Positions 55,481 through 64,000 of a DNA stretch of 64,000 nucleotides are shown here, in pieces; position 1 is the first letter of the stretch, and every line of letters begins with the position of its first letter. Below the pieces are notes generated by a model. The model had not been told where the DNA came from, made no database searches, and saw only the letters and a list, made by a program, of their open reading frames with translations. Made by a program: the position numbers and the translations under genes. Where the stretch lies: positions 7,776,001-7,840,000 of the forward strand of contig OZ244999.1 of the NCBI GenBank assembly GCA_965223265.1, in the 5' to 3' direction. The DNA is from Planctomycetota bacterium (GTDB taxonomy: Bacteria > Planctomycetota > UBA8108 > SXIK01).

Positions 55481-57703
55481 GAGCGCCACATGGTTCGTAC
55501 TTCGCCGTACCACGATCTCGGACCAGCCGTCGCCGTCAAAATCCGCCGAGGTGACGACTGGTGGCGTCCCACCGCATCCGAAACCGGAGGCTGGAAAAAA
55601 GCTCGCCGGCCGCCACACGAACGTGCCGTCGCCGCGGTTGAGGCCGATCGTTAGATCCTCGGACACGACGTCAACGTCGCCGTCGCCGTCGAGGTCGCTG
55701 ACGGCCTCGACGTCTTCGACGGAAGAGACCTCCGGCTCGAAGGATCCCCCCTGGTTGCGCAAAAGAGTGTCGATCTGTGGCGAACCCGGCTCACGGACAG
55801 GGATGAACAGATCGGTGTCACCGTCACCGTCGACATCGGCGGCATGCAGCCGCCCCGTTCTGGCCGGGAGGGGAAACTCCGAGACCTGGAGTGAGTCACC
55901 ACGATTCAGGAACATCCTCAGAGGCCACCGTCGAGGCGCGAGGGGATCCTCCACAAGAGCAAAAAAATCGACGAACTCATCCCCATCGATCCGACCAGCA
56001 AGAATTCGCAGCGGCTCGCCGCCGACGCGAAAACGCTTTCCCTGTGTGAAACAGCCTTGACCGTCGTTGACGGCGAAGTCGATCCAACCGCTGCCGTAGG
56101 AGACGACGTCGGCGTCACCGTCCGACTCAAGATCGACGACCAGTCGCAGCGCGTCCGGTATGGCCAGCGGGACGTGCTGCGTGATGACGAATCCGGTGCC
56201 CGCCGTGTTGTGCGCGACGTCGAGGCTCTGAGTACCGAAGAGGAGAAGGTCTGGATAAGCGTCGCCGTCCACGTCCTCGAGCCTCCCCTTCTTTGGTGTC
56301 TCGAATTCGACAAACTCGACGCTGAACCCCGCGGAGAAGGATCCGTGACCATCGTTGAGGAGGGTCTGATACCTCGCGTCTTGCTCGAGAACGATGTCAA
56401 CGTCACCGTCGACGTCGACGTCACCGTGGAGCACGAGCGCATCTGCCGTGACAGAATCCGCGGTTGAGATCTGATCGCGATTGACGAGAACTCCGTTCTC
56501 GTTCCACAGGACTGAGATCGCCCCGCCACACGCGTCGCCGACCGCGAGGTCGACGTCGCCGTCGCCATCGAAGTCGCCAGCCTCGATCGTCAGGGGTGCC
56601 GACCCGGCAGGCAAATGGGTCCTGCCGTGGGCGAACCCACCTTGGCGCGAAATCACCACCTCGACACCGCGGCCCTGGAGAACGAAAGCGGCGTCGCGGC
56701 GGCTATCGCCATCGAAGTCCGCGAAAACGCCGTCGACGACGTCGGCGGGCATCTGCAGGCCAAAGGCACGAAAACCCACATCGACATTGCCGTTCGCCAC
56801 CGTGATCTGCTCCTGACCACCCGCGACGATCCACCGTGGATCGGTGCGGTGAAAAATGGGCGCGATTTCAAGCCAGTCATGAAGACCGAACCCAGGGACT
56901 GGCGCTAAACTCTCAAAGACCAGCCCACCTCGGTTCACGTGAACCGTGAGGGGCGGCAGGGTCGCCAGATCGTCGACCCCATCGCCGTCGAGGTCACCGG
57001 CAGCCGCCACCGAGGCTTTGATCTCGGTGGAAACGACGTCGAAACCCACCGCGCCGCGATTGACCAGCAACACCACAAGGCCGGCAGCGATCACAACGGC
57101 GTCGAGGTCGCCGTCAACTTCGAGATCTGTGGCCGCCACACCACGACCAGCACCCGCGAGGGACTCCGTCCACACCGACTCGAACCTGCCGTCACCAAGG
57201 CCTGCCAAGAGCTCAACGGTGTCGAGCCCGGTCCGCACGACGTCCGCTCGGCCATCGCCATCAAAGTCGCCGACGATCGCATCATGCGTCCACCGCTCGA
57301 CGGGCGTCGACCTCTTCACAAAGCGTCGACCGGAACGTGCGAGATGCACGACCACCTCCTCCCACTCCAGCGCCAGCAGGTCCGAGCGCCCATCCGCGTC
57401 GAAGTCGGCGGCGCCAACGAGCTCTCGGCCCTGGACGCCTGCGGAGTACTGAGGCACGACCTCGCACTCGTCGGGAATCCCGTTGGCGTTACAGTCGCGG
57501 CTGGCGCGACCGGCAACGTCGACGGCGTCGTCTTCGCCGTTTTTGTTACAGTCTCGGGGCGAGTCGACTGCCTCGCCGCCGCTCAACTGCTGCGGTAGAG
57601 ACAGCCACCCCACGGAGGAGCACGCGAAGGACATGGCGACGGCCAACACGGACCTCTGCCATTCCAGCGCCCACGAACCACGCGCAGCACAACATGCTCT
57701 CAT
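55145..57703 (-). CDS. FG-GAP/VCBS repeat protein with dockerin-like C-terminus, paralog 1
   Basis: Same architecture as its neighbours and collinear with them. Confidence 0.88.
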   Translation of the reverse strand: MRACCAARGSWALEWQRSVLAVAMSFACSSVGWLSLPQQLSGGEAVDSPRDCNKNGEDDAVDVAGRASRDCNANGIPDECEVVPQYSAGVQGRELVGAADFDADGRSDLLALEWEEVVVHLARSGRRFVKRSTPVERWTHDAIVGDFDGDGRADVVRTGLDTVELLAGLGDGRFESVWTESLAGAGRGVAATDLEVDGDLDAVVIAAGLVVLLVNRGAVGFDVVSTEIKASVAAAGDLDGDGVDDLATLPPLTVHVNRGGLVFESLAPVPGFGLHDWLEIAPIFHRTDPRWIVAGGQEQITVANGNVDVGFRAFGLQMPADVVDGVFADFDGDSRRDAAFVLQGRGVEVVISRQGGFAHGRTHLPAGSAPLTIEAGDFDGDGDVDLAVGDACGGAISVLWNENGVLVNRDQISTADSVTADALVLHGDVDVDGDVDIVLEQDARYQTLLNDGHGSFSAGFSVEFVEFETPKKGRLEDVDGDAYPDLLLFGTQSLDVAHNTAGTGFVITQHVPLAIPDALRLVVDLESDGDADVVSYGSGWIDFAVNDGQGCFTQGKRFRVGGEPLRILAGRIDGDEFVDFFALVEDPLAPRRWPLRMFLNRGDSLQVSEFPLPARTGRLHAADVDGDGDTDLFIPVREPGSPQIDTLLRNQGGSFEPEVSSVEDVEAVSDLDGDGDVDVVSEDLTIGLNRGDGTFVWRPASFFPASGFGCGGTPPVVTSADFDGDGWSEIVVRRSTNHVALLRPQLEGLRDGDGDTLPDDCAAEFRRGDANGDGTIDAADASAILALLFASGEDFGCRAAEDVDDSGGVSISDAIALLSYLFRAGAAPHEPFAACGIDPTADVGCRAQRGCE

Positions 57704-57896
57704 CGCTGGATCGAACCTCAGGTCAGGCGAATCATCCAGCGGTCAAGGAAGGAGGGAGTACGGCTATCCTGAGCTGCTGATGGGCGACTGTCAACTAAGA
57801 CGCGAAGAGAATTCCCGCGAAAGAGTCTCTAACGACCGCTCCAAAAGTCTCGATCTCCAGCAGAGAGACAAGACATGGTCGACTGCGCGCGGCTCA

Positions 57897-57955
57897 TTGG
57901 TTCTGTCCTTCGTTCCCTTCTGTTCGATAGTTTTCTTGAACACAAAAACAAAGGG
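57897..57955. repeat. Palindromic intergenic repeat, copy 1
   Basis: tccttcgttcccttcTGTTC-gatagttttctt-GAACAcaa. Confidence 0.7.
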
Positions 57956-57970
57956 CGCAGTGAGAGACCG

Positions 57971-59593
57971 TCACCTTCCCAGGAGCGAAACACGCGGGAG
58001 GTACTCGCGCACATAGCGCCGCCGCCACCATTCGCCACTGGCGCGGCGCTCCCCGGGAGACGTGAACTCATAAGAGTAAAGCTGCGCGCGCAGGTAACGT
58101 GGTGGCGTCTCGGGGAACGGGTTGTTTTCGAGGAGCTTGAGAACTGTCTCTTCACCTTCGAGAAGGCGGAAGCAGAAGCGTTGAAACCAAAAGTTTTGCC
58201 GAACACCGCCGAGCGCGGCAAACCACATCTGCCAATCCAGCCGCGGCATGTGCGGCTGCACGAACGCCGGTCGCCGATCGAGCCGCCCGGGTTTGTAGAC
58301 GAACTCGTAGCTCTTCCACGTGATCCCATCGTCACTGCCTTCGACGACGATTTCCGGCCGCTCGGTTGTCATGTCGGCGAAGAGTCCGTAACCGTTCACC
58401 GATCGCAGAGGTCGCGTCCACTCGAGGACCGGATCGGCCTCGCCCAGCCAGGCGCGTGGCCAGTCGAAGGTCCGCAGCACCGTGCTGAGAGTTGGCGGCA
58501 GACTGAGCAGAAAGAGCGCGAGCGCTGCGGGGACGGTGACAACGTGCGGCCCGGAGCGACCGGGAAGCGATCGCCCGACGCGCTCGGATGCGACGTGATC
58601 GCTTCCCGCCCCGCCCGGCACCCGGTCACTCTCGTGGATACCGTGAGTGACTCTCGGAGCTCCGCCGCAGCCTCGGCGCAGCCGCGCGCCGAAGCGCACG
58701 CACGCGCCCCAAAGCGAGCGCCAAGCCGCGTCGTCGACAAGCGGCACGCAGAGAAGAATCGTCAGCACGTTGAAAAAGCAATAGTTCCCGGTGGCGATGA
58801 TCACCACCTGAAGTAGAGCCAACAGAAGCGCAGCAACGAGTCGCAGCGGCCGCGGCCAAAAAACTAAAAGCGGGACGACGAGCTCCAGAAAGAACATGAT
58901 CGCCGTCGACACCTTGTGCAGCTCCGCCGGCAAATGGTGCACGTACCATGCCGTCCACGGTGGGAGCGGTTGCGTCATGTAGTGATATTCAAGCGCCGTC
59001 AGGTCGCGCCACACGGGATCGCCGCTGGCGATTTTGACGAGGCCTGAAAGCAACATGAACCGACAGAGGAGCCAACGGTGCAGCCAAATGAACGCAGCCG
59101 ATGGCTCGGCGAAACTTCGCAGCCGTGGTCGCAGTCGACACGGCGCCAGAAAGACGGCAAGTAGACCCACCTCGAGAAGAAGCGCGTCCCACTGAAAGTT
59201 GAAGAACGTCTGACCGGCGACGACGAGAGACAGGTAGAGACTCCAGAGGAGGAGCCACCAGATGGCAGCGAAAGGAAAACAGATGCAGTAAAGAGCGATG
59301 AACGTCCCCAAAGCGCAAAGGAGATGGAGGGCACCGTCGCCTGCTCCGAGCCAAAGCCACGTCGGCAGCTTCCAGTACGCGCCGGTACCGAGCTGATTTT
59401 TCGCGACTTCCAGATGCTCCCCGACCGGCAGGATGCCACGGGCACCGACGAGCGCCTCCGCTTGCACCCAATAGGACAGAAACGCGACAAGATAGACGAG
59501 ACCGAGCCCCCGCAAGTAGAGAGCGGTCGCGATGAAAAGAGAACGGTCATTCCCAGCGTTGTCGGATCGCATGTCGAGAGATGTCCGGATCAC
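57971..59593 (-). CDS. Lipase maturation factor (LMF1) family membrane protein
   Basis: GILP, FQWDALLLEVG, SGLVK, HYMTQPLP, TGNYCFFN, NGYGLF and PHMPRLDWQMWF motifs. Confidence 0.93.
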   Translation of the reverse strand: MIRTSLDMRSDNAGNDRSLFIATALYLRGLGLVYLVAFLSYWVQAEALVGARGILPVGEHLEVAKNQLGTGAYWKLPTWLWLGAGDGALHLLCALGTFIALYCICFPFAAIWWLLLWSLYLSLVVAGQTFFNFQWDALLLEVGLLAVFLAPCRLRPRLRSFAEPSAAFIWLHRWLLCRFMLLSGLVKIASGDPVWRDLTALEYHYMTQPLPPWTAWYVHHLPAELHKVSTAIMFFLELVVPLLVFWPRPLRLVAALLLALLQVVIIATGNYCFFNVLTILLCVPLVDDAAWRSLWGACVRFGARLRRGCGGAPRVTHGIHESDRVPGGAGSDHVASERVGRSLPGRSGPHVVTVPAALALFLLSLPPTLSTVLRTFDWPRAWLGEADPVLEWTRPLRSVNGYGLFADMTTERPEIVVEGSDDGITWKSYEFVYKPGRLDRRPAFVQPHMPRLDWQMWFAALGGVRQNFWFQRFCFRLLEGEETVLKLLENNPFPETPPRYLRAQLYSYEFTSPGERRASGEWWRRRYVREYLPRVSLLGR

Positions 59594-59738
59594 CAGACGG
59601 TGTGACGTTCAAGAGGGAAACGCCGAAAGCGCCGCGCCCGCGCATCCCTAAGGAAGGATCGCGTAGGATGTCTCGAGCGCGTGGTTCATGGAGCGCGATA
59701 CCCAAAGCTCCCGTTTGCGGCGAAGGTATCCCATCGCA

Positions 59739-59809
59739 TCCTTCGTTCACTTCTGTTCAAGAAAATCTATCGAACACAAGGGAGCAAAAAAAACGAAGAG
59801 TCGAACCAA
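59739..59809. repeat. Palindromic intergenic repeat, copy 2
   Basis: tccttcgttcacttcTGTTC-aagaaaatctatc-GAACAcaaggg...aacgaag. The core is the reverse complement of the copy 1 core, plus one base. Confidence 0.7.
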
Positions 59810-59965
59810 CGAAACTGAAATCCGGGCGCCTTCTTTCACTCTCCAGGGGCGGACCCGCCCTCCGGTGTCCGTCCAATCTCGGCGGTTGGCTTAGGTTCGC
59901 AGCTTCGAGTAAGCTGAGGCCTCGTACCGTCCGTCCTGCGGGGAGAAACTCGAGCCCGACTCTTC

Positions 59966-61762
59966 ATGTTGATCCAGCTCAAAAACCTCCACAAGTCGTA
60001 CGGTACCCATGTGCTCTTCGATGGCGCAAGCGCGACGTTCTCCAAGGGTCAAAAGATTGGCGTCATCGGCCGCAACGGCGCGGGGAAGTCGACGCTCTGC
60101 CGACTGATCACGGGCGAAGAAGAAGCCGAGTCCGGTGAGCTCACGCGCAGCTCGCAGCTGCGACTAGGATACCTCGAGCAGCGCAGTCCCTACGAGGCGG
60201 GTGAAGAGGTGCTAGCGTTCCTCAAGCGCTCGACGCAGAAAGAGGAGTGGCGCTGCGCCAAAGTCGCGGGGCGATTTCAACTCAAAGGTGAGCTCCTGTC
60301 GCGGCCCGTCGACGCTCTCCCTGGCGGTTTCCAAACGCGCGTCAAGCTTGCGTCGATGCTCATCCGAGAACCCAACTTCCTCCTTCTCGACGAACCGACG
60401 AACTATCTCGACCTCAAGACGCTCTTGCTCCTCGAGCGCTTCCTGCGGGGATTCTCCGGTGGCTACTTGATCGTGTCGCACGACCGGGAGTTTCTGAAAC
60501 GGACTTGTGCGGAAACGCTCGAAGTGGCACGCGGTCGCCTCGAGTCCTTCCCCGGCGACGTGGACGCTTACCTTGCCTTCAAGGCCGAACAAGACGAGCT
60601 CAAGCTACGCTACAACAAGAACGTCGAAGCGAAGAAAAAGCACCTTCAGGAGTTCGTCGACCGCTATCGCGTCCGCGCCGCGACCGCTTCACGGGCGCAG
60701 TCGAAGCTCAAACAGATCGAGCGACTGAAGCAGTTCGATGTCGACATGCCGGAGAGCTCCGTCCGCATCAAACTGCCGCAGGTTGAGCCAAAGAAGGGGA
60801 CGGCGCTCGCGTGTCAAGGCCTAGCGATCGGCTACGCGGAAAAGACTGTTGCGGAAGACATCCATTTTGACATCGAACGCGGCGAGCACGTCGCAGTCGT
60901 CGGCGACAACGGCGAAGGCAAGACGACGTTCCTCCGTACGATCGCGGGCGATCTCGATGGCCGCGGCGGCACCTACAAGTGGGGCTACGGCGTCGAAACT
61001 GCGTACTACGCCCAACACGTTTACTCTGAGCTCAATCCGAAGCTCCAAGTGGTCGAACAATTGGAGCGCGCCGCGGCGCACGACGTCACACGCCAGGAGA
61101 TCCTCGATCTCGCCGGCAGCTTTCTCTTTCAGGGCGACGACGTCCACAAGCCTATTTCTGTGTTGAGCGGCGGCGAGAGGGCCCGCGTTTCGCTTGCCGG
61201 CATCCTGCTCTCAAAGCGCGCCGTGTTACTTCTCGACGAGCCGACGAACCACCTCGATTTCGAGACCGTCGAGGCACTAGCGCAGGCGCTTGAACGCTAT
61301 GCGGGTACCGTTTTCTTCGTCAGCCACGATCGCACCTTTACCGAGCGTGTCGCGACCAACGTCGTCGAGGTCAAAGGCGGGGGCGTTCGGCTTTACCCCG
61401 GCGCCTACGATCTGTACGTGCGCCGGACCGAACAGGACATCGACGCCGACCAAGAGGCTGACGCCGGTGTGACGCGAAGCTCACCGCGGAGCCGAGCGAA
61501 CGACTATACGCGACGCAAGGAGCTACGTGCCCGTGTCTCGAAGCTGAAGAAGAAGGCAGCGCAGGCTGAGAAGCAGGTGGGCGAATATCAGGAAGAGATC
61601 GAAACGCTGAATCAACACTATCTAAAAAACCCGCTCGACGATTCGCGCGAAAAACGCGAACGCCTGCAGACGCTGCGCCGCCTTGTCGAGGACGCCGAAT
61701 CTAATTGGCTGCTTCTTCACGAGGAGTTGGAGACGGCCGAAGCGGAGCTCGGTGAGGTGTGA
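59966..61762 (+). CDS. ABC-F family ATP-binding protein
   Basis: Two ABC domains (GRNGAGKST, GDNGEGKTT, LLLDEPTN twice, SHDR twice), no TM segments, coiled-coil tail. Confidence 0.94.
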   Translation: MLIQLKNLHKSYGTHVLFDGASATFSKGQKIGVIGRNGAGKSTLCRLITGEEEAESGELTRSSQLRLGYLEQRSPYEAGEEVLAFLKRSTQKEEWRCAKVAGRFQLKGELLSRPVDALPGGFQTRVKLASMLIREPNFLLLDEPTNYLDLKTLLLLERFLRGFSGGYLIVSHDREFLKRTCAETLEVARGRLESFPGDVDAYLAFKAEQDELKLRYNKNVEAKKKHLQEFVDRYRVRAATASRAQSKLKQIERLKQFDVDMPESSVRIKLPQVEPKKGTALACQGLAIGYAEKTVAEDIHFDIERGEHVAVVGDNGEGKTTFLRTIAGDLDGRGGTYKWGYGVETAYYAQHVYSELNPKLQVVEQLERAAAHDVTRQEILDLAGSFLFQGDDVHKPISVLSGGERARVSLAGILLSKRAVLLLDEPTNHLDFETVEALAQALERYAGTVFFVSHDRTFTERVATNVVEVKGGGVRLYPGAYDLYVRRTEQDIDADQEADAGVTRSSPRSRANDYTRRKELRARVSKLKKKAAQAEKQVGEYQEEIETLNQHYLKNPLDDSREKRERLQTLRRLVEDAESNWLLLHEELETAEAELGEV

Positions 61763-63576
61763 ACCACGTGCGCGGCGAAAACCCAGAACGCATCGGTGAG
61801 TTCGAGATCGTGCGCGAGCTCGGCCGCGGTGGCATGGGCGTCGTCTATGAGGCTCGGCAGCCGTCGCTCAAGAGGAGCGTCGCGCTCAAGATTTTGACCG
61901 GATTCTCGCTACCACCGAAGGCTGTCGCACGTTTTCAGCGTGAGGCCGAAGCTGCGGCGCGGCTGCGGCACGCTAACATCGTCTCGGTTTACGCGACCGG
62001 CGAGGAAGATGGCGTTCACTACTACGCCATGGAGTTCATCGATGGTCCGTCGCTCGACTCCGTCATCGAGCACCTGCGCCGGACACCCGCCGACAGCCTT
62101 GTCTGGAAGGACTCCGCGGCGAGCGTGGACAAAAGCGCCGATGGGACGAGCGCTCTGGAAACCGATCTCGCGCGCGTCGAGACGGTGCTGCAGCTCTTGC
62201 GCACCGAGATCGGTTCGACGATGCCGGCGGAGTTGCCGCGCTCGGAGAAAGGCGAAAACGAAGACGGTGTCTCGCGCGGCGACACTGGAAAGAATCCGCG
62301 AGATGAGTCGGCGCCACCGCGACATCTCCCATCGGCACGGAGCTACTTCACGGAGGTTGCCGGCGCTTTCGCCGACGTCGCCGAGGCACTGGAGCACGCG
62401 CACCGGCAAGGAGTCATCCATCGCGATGTCAAACCCGCGAACCTGTTGGTCGCCCCCGACGGTCGGCTCTGCCTCAATGACTTCGGGGTCGCTCGCATCC
62501 TCGAAGAACCGAGAATGACGCTCACCGGCGAGATCGTCGGTTCGCCGACTTACATGTCACCAGAACAGGTCGCGGCGGGCCACGCGCCGCTCGATCATCG
62601 CTCCGATATCTATTCGCTCGGCGCCACTCTCTATGAGCTCCTGACGCTCCGCCGCGCCTTCGGCGGCACGCAGTGGGACGAAGTGCTGGCGCAGATCACG
62701 CACACGGAGCCGAAACCGCCGCGGCAGGTGAATCCCAACGTGCCCGTGGACTTGGAGACGATCTGCTTGAAGGCGCTCGCCAAGGAGCCGAAAGCGCGCT
62801 ACCAGAGTGCGCGGGAGATGGCGGATGACCTACGCCGCTATGCCGAGGGAGTGCCGATCGCGGCACGGCGGGCAGGTCCACTCGCGAGGGCTGCGCGATG
62901 GACGCGGCGCCATCGGCCGGTTGCAGGCCTGGCGATCGCTTTGGTCGTCGTGTTGCTCGCGGCCGGATTCCTCCTCTACCGCGCCGAAAAGACGGCACGC
63001 GCGGAGCTCGACCAAGTGATCTCCCAGCTTGAAGGACAAGCGCGCGAAGTGTTCGCCAGGCGTCACGCTATCGTCGCAGCCTGCGGCCTTCGAGAAGGAA
63101 TGGATGTCGCCGACATCGGCGCCGGCACCGGCCTCTTCACGCGCCTCTTTTCGCTTCGGGTCGGATCGAACGGCACCGTCTACGCGGTCGACATCGAGCG
63201 CGTCATGGTCGAGCACATCGAAAGAACCAGCCGCGAACAACGCCTGAGAAACATCGTCGGCGTCGTCTGCACGGCGACGTCCGTCGAGCTCGAGCCGAAC
63301 TCAGTCGACGTGGCGTTCATCTCGGACACCTATCGCTACTTCGAAGAGCCCGAGAAAACCATCGCTTCGCTCGGTCAGGCGCTCCGCAGCGGCGGCAGGT
63401 TGATCATCATCGATCTCCGACCGCAGACCTCGGGTGCATCTGACGACGGCGCGGAAACGCACGACCGCGTCAGCGAAGAGCGTGTCCGCCGCGAGATCGA
63501 GTCGTTCGGCTTTCGCTTCGTCGGAGCGGAAACGGTCTTGGATGAGTCCTATTTCCTGCGCTTTGAGAAGCGATAG
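61759..63576 (+). CDS. Ser/Thr protein kinase fused through a TM helix to a class I methyltransferase-like domain
   Basis: LGRGGMG, HRDVKPAN, DFG and GSPTYMSPE; TM VAGLAIALVVVLLAAGFLLY; VADIGAGTG...VYAVDI...LRSGGRLIIID. Confidence 0.88.
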   Translation: MNHVRGENPERIGEFEIVRELGRGGMGVVYEARQPSLKRSVALKILTGFSLPPKAVARFQREAEAAARLRHANIVSVYATGEEDGVHYYAMEFIDGPSLDSVIEHLRRTPADSLVWKDSAASVDKSADGTSALETDLARVETVLQLLRTEIGSTMPAELPRSEKGENEDGVSRGDTGKNPRDESAPPRHLPSARSYFTEVAGAFADVAEALEHAHRQGVIHRDVKPANLLVAPDGRLCLNDFGVARILEEPRMTLTGEIVGSPTYMSPEQVAAGHAPLDHRSDIYSLGATLYELLTLRRAFGGTQWDEVLAQITHTEPKPPRQVNPNVPVDLETICLKALAKEPKARYQSAREMADDLRRYAEGVPIAARRAGPLARAARWTRRHRPVAGLAIALVVVLLAAGFLLYRAEKTARAELDQVISQLEGQAREVFARRHAIVAACGLREGMDVADIGAGTGLFTRLFSLRVGSNGTVYAVDIERVMVEHIERTSREQRLRNIVGVVCTATSVELEPNSVDVAFISDTYRYFEEPEKTIASLGQALRSGGRLIIIDLRPQTSGASDDGAETHDRVSEERVRREIESFGFRFVGAETVLDESYFLRFEKR

Positions 63577-63598
63577 GGCTAGTCCTGCAAACCCGCCC

Positions 63599-64000
63599 TC
63601 ACGGACACGACCCGTTGCTCGGGCATCCACTCAAGGGCACGCACCGATCACCCAGAATATGCGGCGGCGCACCCACAAAGAGTACGTTCAGCAAATGGAT
63701 GCCATTCGAGATGTCCACAGCATCAGTTTGATCGCCACGGAAATCGAGCAGACGGATGTTCGCCTCAGCGGCGGCGCTTCCATCGCCGCAGGGGAACTCC
63801 GTCGGCGCTCCAGGCACCCCCCCACCGCCAAACAGGATGCTAAAAATACAAATCGCATCCGACACGTCCAGCGTCGCGTCACTGTTACAATCACCCGGCA
63901 GTTGAAAACCGAACTCGTGCACCGATCGTCGTACCAGACCGTGGATAAGGCGTCGGGGCGCGAATGCACTGGACTCCTCGATGACGGCGATATCATGAGG
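63599..64000 (-). CDS. 3' end of a protein with C-terminal dockerin-like domain, truncated at the window edge
   Basis: The frame is open to base 64000; LPGDCNSDATLDVSDAI...DAVDISNGIHLLNVLF. Confidence 0.8.
   Translation of the reverse strand, partial: PHDIAVIEESSAFAPRRLIHGLVRRSVHEFGFQLPGDCNSDATLDVSDAICIFSILFGGGGVPGAPTEFPCGDGSAAAEANIRLLDFRGDQTDAVDISNGIHLLNVLFVGAPPHILGDRCVPLSGCPSNGSCP

Noticed and set aside
57921-57942. Verrucomicrobia-type LexA box (TGTTC-N4-GAACA)
   Set aside because: The spacer is 12-13 nt here and at 59754-59776, and the motif sits inside a larger repeat.
1-64000. CRISPR array or cas genes linked to the CHAT protease
   Set aside because: No regularly spaced short repeats and no Cas-like ORFs were seen.

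Overview
High-GC bacterial chromosomal window, most likely from a Planctomycetota member. This is inferred from two DUF1549/DUF1553 + DUF1501 pairs, a PVC-type heme-binding CxxCH protein, an OmcB-like DUF11 lipoprotein, a planctomycete-style GTAG REP doublet and seven dockerin-like proteins. Left to right it holds: a membrane glycosylation locus, hydrolase and metalloprotease genes, an MrfA/MrfB-like DNA repair pair, secreted proteins, then a small decayed island (degenerate tRNA-Ser-like sequence, tyrosine-integrase remnant, complete 1952-bp IS with 14-bp TIRs and 9-bp TSD, ParDE-like TA pair). The strongest candidate for an undescribed system is 41.5-57.7 kb. There an ECF sigma, a degenerate second sigma and a membrane Ser/Thr kinase with a DUF4384-like domain converge on a minus-strand run of three FG-GAP/dockerin paralogs, a dockerin protein and a translationally coupled membrane-anchored TPR-CHAT protease. 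The three paralogs have near-identical 336-bp 3' ends and a hypervariable Cys loop. The window ends with an LMF gene between palindromic repeats, an ABC-F ATPase and an unusual kinase-TM-methyltransferase fusion. All family names are recognised by eye from motifs; no database searches were run.
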